From NCBI GenBank assembly GCA_001179505.1, contig CDMY01000469.1, positions 6,467-70,466 of the forward strand: 64,000 nt of DNA, given 5' to 3'. The translations under genes and the position numbers were made by a program. This document shows, piece after piece, positions 53,835 through 62,882 of this stretch; positions within the stretch are counted from its first letter, which is position 1; every line of letters starts with the position of its first letter. The notes beneath the pieces were generated by a model. That model saw nothing but the letters and a program-made list of their open reading frames with translations. It searched no databases and was not told the DNA's origin. The DNA is from Vitrella brassicaformis CCMP3155 (Eukaryota > Protista > Chromerida).

Positions 53835-54875
53835 TGTTTGGGTGGCCACAGGTCGTGTGGACGACTCCTCAGTGGTAGACGAGGGCGGCAACCTGCTGCA
53901 CACAGCCATCAAGGACGACCAGCCCATACGACACAAAGACATGGAAACCGTAAGTTGTGCCCGTCAGCCACACACACCTGACCTCACTCTCCCCCCCCCC
54001 TCTGTGTGTGTGTGTGTGTTTGTGTGTGTGTGCAGGACGCGGCACTGCACGGGGTCGCTGAGGTTCGACACAAAGGTATGTTGCAGCCTCATGGATGGAT
54101 GGATGGATGGTCGCGCATGTTCGTGTGTGGTGAATGCAGGTCGTCGTGACGAGGAGGATCTGACGTTCGAGGGCATCTCCGCGCAGGAGCGGCAGAGGAT
54201 CGAGCAGCTCATGAAGGACGACCGCACGCGCGCCGCGGGCACGCGAATCGACCCCGTACCCAGACCCCCACCGCCCCATCACACAAACACAGAGGGAGAG
54301 AGGGAGAGAGGGATCATTAGGACAGACACGGAGCACACCCACACCCATACCTCTCTGTCTGTCTGTCTCTGTGTGTGTGTATGTCGTGTGTGTAGGCTGA
54401 TGTGGTGAAGGGCTCGTTTGTGAAGTTCAAGTTTCACTGGAGCGGTGAAATCGGCGGACGAATTGGGCGCGTCTCTGAGCCACCCAACTCATCAGTAACC
54501 AAACACCCACCCTCAGACACAGACAGACCGACAGACAGAGACAGAGAGAGGGGGGGGCATCCGTGTGTGTATTGTGTGCAGGGTGAGTTTGCGTGTGACT
54601 ACTTCTACATCCTGCCGGACGTCAGTGTCTTCAAATGCAGCATCGAAGACAACCCACACGAGGCAACCACCACCACACCCTCCCCGACACACAGAGGACA
54701 GATGCTGTGTGTGTGCCTGTGTCTGTCTGTGTGCGTATTGGGTTCGTATAGGTCATTGCGCGAAGGCTGATGCGTTGGGTGCGTCTCGACTTTGTGGAGG
54801 CGATGGTCACCGTCACCCACCTGCCGCCCTTCTGTGAGGTCCCCAACCCCAGCAGAGACATACAGGCACGTGGGA

Positions 54876-54910
<35 letters not shown>

Positions 54911-55248
54911 TGTTGGTGTGTTCTATATCTCTCTGTGTGTGTGGTTGTGTGTGTAGGGAGTGCGTTCGGATCAGCTGAAGGACTACTGGTGCCGGTGCCA
55001 CCTGCGCCAGTTCGAGAAGCAGTTCATCAAGCCCAGTGAGTGCTCACCCACACAGCCCCACGCCCCCTTCCCTGTCTGTCTCTCTGCACAATGGATGTGT
55101 GTGTATGTGTGTTAGACGATCCGGCGTACAACCTGGTGCTGGAGCCACTGGAGCCAAGGCACGGCCTCTTCGCATCAAAGTAAGTACCCCAATATACACA
55201 CACACACACACACACACGAACACGCTGTGCACTGATCTGTATGTGTCG

Positions 55249-55280
<32 letters not shown>

Positions 55281-57306
55281 GAGGTACGTCGACGAGTACA
55301 ACCGGCGTCGGTTCTCGCTGAGCGGCGACTACTTCAAGGGCAAGTGGCCGGCTGCCGACATGTTCGCTGGCGGCGGTATGTATGCACAGACACAGAGAGA
55401 GAGCCTTTGTGTCAATGTCTATGTCTGTGGTGTGGTGTGTGGTAGGCGGGACGTCTATTGGCCTCACCAAAGGCGGCATGGACGTCGAATGGGCCGTCGA
55501 GCGCGTACACACACACACATCCCCCCCCCCTCCCNNNNNNNNNNNNNNNNNNNNNNNNNNNNNNNNNNNNNNNNNNNNNNNNNNNNNNNNNNNNNNNNNN
55601 NNNNNNNNNNNNNNNNNNNNNNNNNNNNNNNNNNNNNNNNNNNNNNNNNNNNNNNNNNNNNNNNNNNNNNNNNNNNNNNNNNNNNNNNNNNNNNNNNNNN
55701 NNNNNNNNNNNNNNNNNNNNNNNNNNNNNNNNNNNNNNNNNNNNNNNNNNNNNNNNNNNNNNNNNNNNNNNNNNNNNNNNNNNNNNNNNNNNNNNNNNNN
55801 NNNNNNNNNNNNNNNNNNNNNNNNNNNNNNNNNNACACACACACACATCCCCCCCCCCTCCCACACACACACACCAGCCATATCCCCCCCCCTCTCTCTC
55901 TCTGTCGATCGGTGCATCGATCAGAACGACATCGCGTGCAGCCACTGGCAGGCCAACCACCCCCACGGCACCATGTACCGCGAGGACGTCTACCGCACCC
56001 TGGACCACATCACCACCGGGGTGGAGGGCTACCCCCTCCCATTCGGCACACGCTTCCTCACGGCCAGCTCACCATGCCAGGGATTCTCCACCATCAACGT
56101 CAAGGGTACGCCCGGCGGCACACACACATGTGCACCAGTGCGTGTGTTTGTGTGTGTGTGACAGGAGGTGTGTTGGACACGGAGAACAGGAAGCTGATCC
56201 ACTCGGTGACGGCGTACCTCGACACACTGCAGCCAGAACACGTCATGTTCGGTAACCCAATGCACGCACCCACACAGAGAGAGGGAGGGAAATGCACACA
56301 TGGGCTCCACATGGACCCTTCGCACAAGTGTTGATGCTGTCTGTGTGTGTGGTGTGTATTGTGCAGAGAACGTCGTGGGCATGGTGCACGACACCAAGAA
56401 CAAGTCCTCCGACTTCTACGCCTTCCTCCTGGGCCTACTCAACAGCGGATACGGATTCAAAGCAAAGGCACCACACACCCTCACCCACATGCACCCCTCC
56501 CATATGTGTGTGTGTGTGTGGTTTAGGCGATGGTGGCGTCCAAGTACGGCTGTCCCACCATCCGGTGCAGGATCATCATCATGTGCTGGCGGTGGGACAA
56601 ACTCGAGCCGGACTGGCCAAGAGAAGTACACCCAGGTGGACACACAGACACACACACACACTTGTGTGGACACACACACACACACACACGTGTGTGTCTG
56701 CCTGGTGTCGGCGTAGGTGCCATGCCGACCATCCGTGACGCCATCAGCGACCTCCCGCCCATCCATAGCGAGCTCGGTACCCTCTCCCTCTGGATCCCCT
56801 CCACAGCGACACGCGCTCATCAATGTGTGTGCAGGTAGTGACGTCGTCACGTTGTATGAGGGCAACGAGGGCCAGCACAACCCCGACACCTCCACGTCGG
56901 CCAGTGCTGCTGCTGGTGCTTACGGCAATGGTGGTGCTAGTGGTGGTGATCTGTCGGCGTACGCCACACTGATGAGGGACCGACCGAAGCACTCGACCAT
57001 CACCGACCACCAAGTTAGTATCCTGCCCTCTCTACCCTCCCTCCCCCCCAAACACGCACATGGGTGTTGCATGCACACACAAATGGATATCTCTGTGTGG
57101 GTCTGTGTGGGTGTGTGGCCATGCAGGTCGGCGCCAACCCCTCTCAGCTGCCCCCGCTGGCGGCCATCGACCGGCCCGCCAAGACCGTCCTCTGCAGCGT
57201 CCTCGAGTGGCCATCGCGGCACCCCACGCAGACCAACCGGGTGTTCACTGTGTACGCACCATCCACCCACACACGTGTGTGGGGACATCTGTGGGTGGGC
57301 ATTTCC

Positions 57307-57340
<34 letters not shown>

Positions 57341-58723
57341 CATGCAGGAGGGAGGTGTCCCGGCTGCAGAGTTTCCCGGACTCGTATACCTTCTGTGGCG
57401 GATCGGCTTTGGCGCACTACAAGATACGTACGCCTGAAATGTGGTGTGCGTGTGGGGACTTTGTGTGTGGGGACTCTGTGTGTGTGGTTGTGGTGCAGTT
57501 GGGAATGCGGTTCCTCCGTTGCTGGCCGAGTGCATCGCTCGGCAGCACACCAACAACTTCGCCAGCCACCCTGTCGACATTCTCAATGCTGGTACGCACA
57601 CACACAGCCACCATACCCGTGCATCCGCCAGACACACATCTGTGTGTCTCCATGTGTGGTGCTGGTGCGATCAGCGTTGATGCCCGAAAGCATTGCCGAT
57701 GCCTCTGGTGCCAACTCTGGCCACGTCAAGCTGGGCGAGGTCAACCAACAGACAACTGCGGCCGCTGCTACTGCTGCTGCAGGTACACCACCGCACCCCT
57801 TCCCACCCACAAACCTACCACCAAGGCGCACATGCGTCTGTGTGTGTATCCGGGTGTGTTGTCCGTCCATCGTTGTCTTCAGCAGCGTCTTCATCTGCGT
57901 CTGGCGGTGGTGCGGCTCAGCCCAAGGCCAAGGGCAAGGCCAAGGCGTCACCGGCAGCAGCAGCAGCCGCCACAAGCCCCAAAGCCAAAGGTATTCCCCC
58001 CCCCCCCNNNNNNNNNNNNNNNNNNNNNNNNNNNNNNNNNNNNNNNNNNNNNNNNNNNNNNNNNNNNNNNNNNNNNNNNNNNNNNNNNNNNNNNNNNNNN
58101 NNNNNNNNNNNNNNNNNNNNNNNNNNNNNNNNNNNNNNNNNNNNNNNNNNNNNNNNNNNNNNNNNNNNNNNNNNNNNNNNNNNNNNNNNNNNNNNNNNNN
58201 NNNNNNNNNNNNNNNNNNNNNNNNNNNNNNNNNNNNNNNNNNNNNNNNNNNNNNNNNNNNNNNNNNNNNNNNNNNNNNNNNNNNNNNNNNNNNNNNNNNN
58301 NNNNNNNCCCCCCCCCCCCACACTCTCCCACACCCTCTCCCTCATCTGTGTATCACTGCAGGCAAGTCCAAGCCCAAAGCCAAGGCCAGCCCCTCCCCCA
58401 AGCAGCAGCAGCAGGCCAACAACAAGGGCAAGAAGCGCTCCCGCCCGCAGGAGAGCTCGGCCGAGGACGAGTCATCCGCCGAGTCGTCAAGCAACGAGGA
58501 GGAGGAGAGCTCCGCCGACAGTGACAGCAGCAGCAGCAGCAGCAGCTCTGGCGGCCAGGAGGATGGCGAGGGGGACTCGGGTGGTGAGGCCAACAACAAC
58601 AAGAAGGCCAAGGGCGGCAAGGCCAAGGCGAGCAGCAGCAGCGGCGGCAAGAAGCAGCAGCCGGCCAAGAAGAAGCAGAAGGTGGATGGCAACAACAAGG
58701 GCAAGGGGGCCAAGGGCAAATAG
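41543..58723 (+). CDS. Giant multi-exon gene: NO VEIN/sacsin-like GHKL ATPase + long spacer + FN3-like + BAH-like + C5 DNA cytosine methyltransferase + low-complexity tail (predicted single fusion)
   Basis: GHKL motifs EELVQNVRDA, YNERGFRGTDVDAICDLG, STKK..VGEKGQGFKSVF (41950-42620). MTase motifs DMFAGGGG, ASSPCQGFS, FENVVG, ASKYGCPTIRCR, REVSRLQSFPDSY, GNAVPP (55360-57530). The halves join in frame through a GC-AG intron at 52633-52721. Confidence 0.75.
46058..46357. other. Assembly gap (300 N); others at 49316-49615, 55535-55834 and 58008-58307
   Basis: All four N runs are 300 nt, sit next to C-homopolymers and lie inside introns whose flanking exons join in frame. Confidence 0.95.
55280..57560 (+). 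other. C5 cytosine methyltransferase catalytic domain (DNMT1-like)
   Basis: Motifs I, II (WAVERN), IV (PCQ with catalytic Cys), VI (ENV), VIII, TIRDAISDLP, IX and X occur in canonical order. Confidence 0.93.
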
Positions 58724-58779
58724 ACTGTGGGGCTGACGGGGTGGGTGGCCGGTTGTGTAGCTCTCTTTCTCCTCTCTCC

Positions 58780-58811
<32 letters not shown>

Positions 58812-59036
58812 ATGTGTGTGAATGTGCGGGGGAGAGGGTTGACTGACGTGGACGAGAGAGGTCCGCGTGTGTGTAGGTGGGCAGCTCCATACATGACGGG
58901 ACTGTGTGGATGGCATATCAGTCGATTGTATTGCTCATCGATGGACGGCCGACAACACTTGAAATATCACTGCCATGCACTGGATGCGTGTGGGTCCTCA
59001 GACAGATGTCCGATCACACAGACACAGGCAGCCAAC

Positions 59037-59185
59037 GGGGGCCGGAGGCCAATGGCATGCATCAGCCTACATCAGCCTGGCCTGCATTGCTGTCCCTGCG
59101 TGTGTCCCACTTGGCTTTCAGGACACCCCCGGAGGTGCATCGGCGAGTATGCAATCCGACAGTCAAGCATCGATGACAGCTGAGC
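59037..59185 (+). repeat. 149-bp inverted repeat, left arm (partner 61126-61274)
   Basis: gggggccggaggccaatggcatgcatcagcc...gacagctgagc is the reverse complement of 61126-61274 except for ~2 nt. Confidence 0.92.
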
Positions 59186-59347
59186 CGAAAGAGAAAGGCA
59201 GCAAAGAGCAGCCACCGCCCTCCTCCTTCCCCTCAGTGCAAAGACACAGATCGATAGGCACATTACACACGACACAGCCAACCAGCCTCGAGAGAGAGAG
59301 AGACAGATGGACACACGAGACAGACACCACGAGAGGCACACTCACTA

Positions 59348-61384
59348 TCACAGGTCATCAGCAGGAAATAATCCGCCGCAACTGCAGCTGTAGGGTATCT
59401 TCTGTCCCGCCTGCCATCGAATGGGCTTAATGGGATACTTAGGAGTGCCGTCAGCATTCTTCCGTCCATCATAGATGCCGTCCGGGAAGAGCGTACCGCT
59501 GTGGGACAGGCCCTCTCGCCATTCGCCCTGGAACCACAACACAGAACGACACTCGTCATAGTATGCCTTTCCCTGGCCATGTCGCTTGCCATATGCGAAG
59601 CTGCCTTGGTAATTGCCGTCCTTCCACTCGCCCTTGTGGATGACTCTGTTGCGGCCGTCTCGCAGTTCCCCCTCTCCATTTGGCTGCCCGTCAAGTGGTA
59701 GAAGTTCTGTTCCCACGGCATGCCCGTCGCCACTCCGTCTCCCTTCTTCTCTCCATCTTCCCAGCCGCCCTCGTAGGTCACCTTGCCGCCAGTGAGCTCC
59801 TCGCCTTTGCCGTGTCGCTTGCCGTCCTTGAAGCCGCCCTTGTAGACGACGAGACTGCGGTATCGCACTTCTCCCTCTCCATTTGGCTGCCCGTCTTGTG
59901 TCTCGCCGTGGTAGTAGTGGCCCTGCCACCGTCCCTTGTCGTCTTTGAGCTCCATGAAGCCCACCTTTCCTTTCCCTCTGTATGTCTTCTCTCCGTTGGC
60001 CCACTCGCCCTCGTACAACAGCTGGCCGTCGTTCTGCTGGAGCTCTGTCCCACGGCCGTGCGGTCTGCCGTCGAGGGTGGGGCCGTGATAGTAGCCAAGC
60101 CGCTGTCCCCTGTCGTCTCTGAGCTCCATGCCGCCCGCCGTCCCGTTGCCCTTCTTCTCTCCACCTGCCCAGCCGCCCTTATAGGTCACCTTGCCGCGAC
60201 TGAGCTCCTCACCCTCGCCGTGCCGCTTGCCGTTCACCCAGCTCCCAGTGTACTCGAGAATATGCTGCCGTGTGCTCGAATCGTAGTGCGGAAGCTCCCT
60301 GCCCTGTCCGTGCCGTTTGTTGTCTCTCCACTCGCCCTCATAGACCTTCACCATTCTCCCGTCGAGGGCTTTGTATTCGGTACCCATCTGTCCCTGCCGC
60401 TTACCATCCGCAAAGTCGCCCTCGTACACGAGACACATCTTGGTCTCCATTTGGCGCTGCTGGTTGCGCGTCTCGAATGAAGCGTATTCTTTGCCCTTGC
60501 CGTGCTTTTTGCCGTCTTTGAAATCGCCCTCATATGTCGTCTCGCCGGAGTGCTCATCGAAAACGATTCCGTAGCCATCGTATTTGCCGTCTTGCCAGTC
60601 TCCCTCGTATCGTTTGACCTTCCGGTCCGCCGTGCTCAGAAGGCCAAAGCCGTGTGGCTTCTCATTCTGCACCGTGCCGTGATAGAAACCACGATCCCAC
60701 ACCAAGTCTCGAGGCTCCCGATGCAGACTCGCCAACGTGTCCTTCTGCCCACACATAATCACACATGCAGACAGACAGACAGACAGAGACAGACAGACAG
60801 AGGGACAGACAGCCAGATGCATGCGGTTCTTGGCGAGAGTGGCTGGCTGGATGGCATGTTTGTGTACTGTACCTGCTCATGTCGAGCGCGTAGCTCGGCG
60901 TTTTCCTTGCGAAGCTCTTCGATGATTCGGTCCTTGTCCTTGACCTGAGCCTGATGATCAGCCAGCTGAGCCTGATGATCAGCCAGTCAGTCAGTGATTA
61001 GTCTCAATGAATGAAGGGCTGTTTGACAGTCACGTCAGGTCATGGCTTCCCTACCTCCAGTTTCCGCTTGTCCGCCCTCAACTCCTCTTGACTCGAGGTG
61101 AGGAAGTCAAAATACTTGTGAAACTGCTCAGCTGTCATCGATGTCTGACTGTCGGATTGCATACTCGCCGATGCACCTCCGGGGGTGTCCTGAAAGCCAA
61201 GTGGGACACACGCAGGGACAGCAATGCAGGCCAGGCTGATGTAGGCTGATGCATGCCATTGGCCTCCGGCCCCCTCTCTTACATCGGCGCGGGAAAGGAG
61301 GCGACTGATATCACCGAGGTCAACGACCACTTGGGGCTGAGAGCCCGTGCCGCTGGGCCCATGGGGGTTGCTGGGCGCACTCAT
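59348..61384 (-). pseudogene. MORN copy 8 (longest repeat array), frameshift near 59695
   Basis: Spliced N-terminal exons (MSAPSNP..., DTPGG...RKLE, DHQAQ...RHE) then MORN repeats; ~10-nt deletion between FYH and LDGQPNG relative to paralogs (YHGPTLDG). Confidence 0.8.
61126..61274 (-). repeat. 149-bp inverted repeat, right arm (covers intron 1/exon 2 of MORN copy 8)
   Basis: Reverse complement of 59037-59185. Confidence 0.92.
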
Positions 61385-61508
61385 GTGACGGCAAGGGCAG
61401 CGCGGAGGACACCGACCAAGTTGATTTCAAGTTCAAGTTCACTTCAAGTTCGATTTGCCGGCTTGGGGGCTCGTGGGGGCGGCGTGTCTCCATCCCTGGC
61501 AGTCTCAC

Positions 61509-62719
61509 ATGGACTCGGATGCTTCCAGGGAGTCTCGCGTAGCGCAGTCGGCTCCCGCCACTCGTGCACCCTCTTCTGATGCGCCGCGCAACGACCAAGA
61601 ACTTGCGGACAGAACCGGAAAAACAAAGGATCATCCGGCAAGACGTCTGGTTCGGCCAAGGACTGATCACCTCCCGACGAAGCCGTCGTCGAAGCCGCTC
61701 AACCGAGTTCTCTTTGAGGCGGTGAAGGGGGCAGTGAAAGTGGATCAGTATCAAAGATATCACGAGGAGGTATTAGACGCCGCGAATGAGAAGCACAAGA
61801 TAGCCATGTCCCGCCTTGGGGAGGAGGTAAAGTCGCTCATGAAGACGAATGCCCAGCTGGTGAAGGAGGTCGCGGCCCTGACTGAGAAGGGAGATTCTCT
61901 GAAAGCAGCTGTGACCGCCTTAGAGGTATCGAGTACACGTACATCCAGCGGTCTCTCACTCTGCCTTACCCTTTCTTATTCTCTGGTTTTCAACAGGATG
62001 ATCTGGCTGGCAAGGTAGAGGCCTTCACTTACCTGTCTGCTGAGGTACAGCAGCATCAGGAGGACATCAATGAGCTCAAGGACGAGAATCAGGCCCTGAG
62101 ACACAATCAGTGTGCGGATCAAGAGAAACAGAGAAGGCTGCAAGAGCAGAACAGCAGAATGGAGCGACGACTTGAGGATTTGAGAAAGGCCATCGAGGAG
62201 ATGAGGTCTGAAGAGCAACGGCTAGAAGAAGAAGAGAAGGCCCTGCTACAGAAGGTGCGTGAGCTCAAGCGGGACAGCCGCGCCATTCCTATCCAATGCA
62301 AACACAATCCCTCCCAAGATCCGTTCCACTGCTGCCGCCACTGCCCCTGCCACTTCGTCGGCTACCATCAGACCGACGAGGCTTCAGCCGCGAGCTTCCC
62401 GAAAACTGTTGAGGATGCCTGCCGACGTAGAGGCCTTTCTTGTGTGGCGCATCCCAAGGCAATGATCAATAAGACGGCAAATGGCAGCTGGATGATGAAA
62501 CTGGCGATCAAACTGGGCCGTGTGAGAGAGAAAAACACACAGAAAGGGCCTCTGTCACCCGTCGACCCAGCCAAAATAGCCAAGCTGCCCTACGATGCGA
62601 CAATTGAGCAGGAACCCGATGGGCTGGAATTTATTGTTCACTCTCCATGGCAAGTGAAGGTGCTCGGGAAGAAGCAGATAGAAGGATGGCCGCACAACCC
62701 CAAGTATGAGGCTTTTTGA
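61509..62719 (+). CDS. Coiled coil + Cys/His cluster + degenerate PARP/Gig2-like ADP-ribosyltransferase domain
   Basis: Intron 61926-61996 in frame; VGYHQTDEASA, MKLAIKLGRV, PYDATI and LEFIV align to the minus-strand paralog, but the GxGxY segment is replaced. Confidence 0.65.
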
Positions 62720-62882
62720 TAGAGTGAGAGGACAAGTAAGAGGTCACTTCTGGCAATGAGTTCTGGTTAAGACATTAACTTAAGTGTGTGTCCATGCGTG
62801 CTGTGATGGCTTCATTTGGACCAGACATGACAAATGCTCACTTGCACGTCTACCAAGACCACACACCACAGACCCCTACCAC

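Noticed and set aside
46058-58307. Assembly gaps possibly hiding a gene boundary within the fusion gene
   Set aside because: Exons flanking each gap join in frame (TLI-EIL, VLQ-VSE, VER-NDI, AKG-KSK), and the critical junction at 52633-52721 is gap-free.
45617-58736. Long ORFs spanning N runs
   Set aside because: Artefacts of translating N as X.
5914-61384. MORN units as a CRISPR-like array or an autonomous transposon
   Set aside because: The repeats are degenerate and coding with no spacer structure; no transposase, RT, integrase or Rep/helicase motifs were seen.
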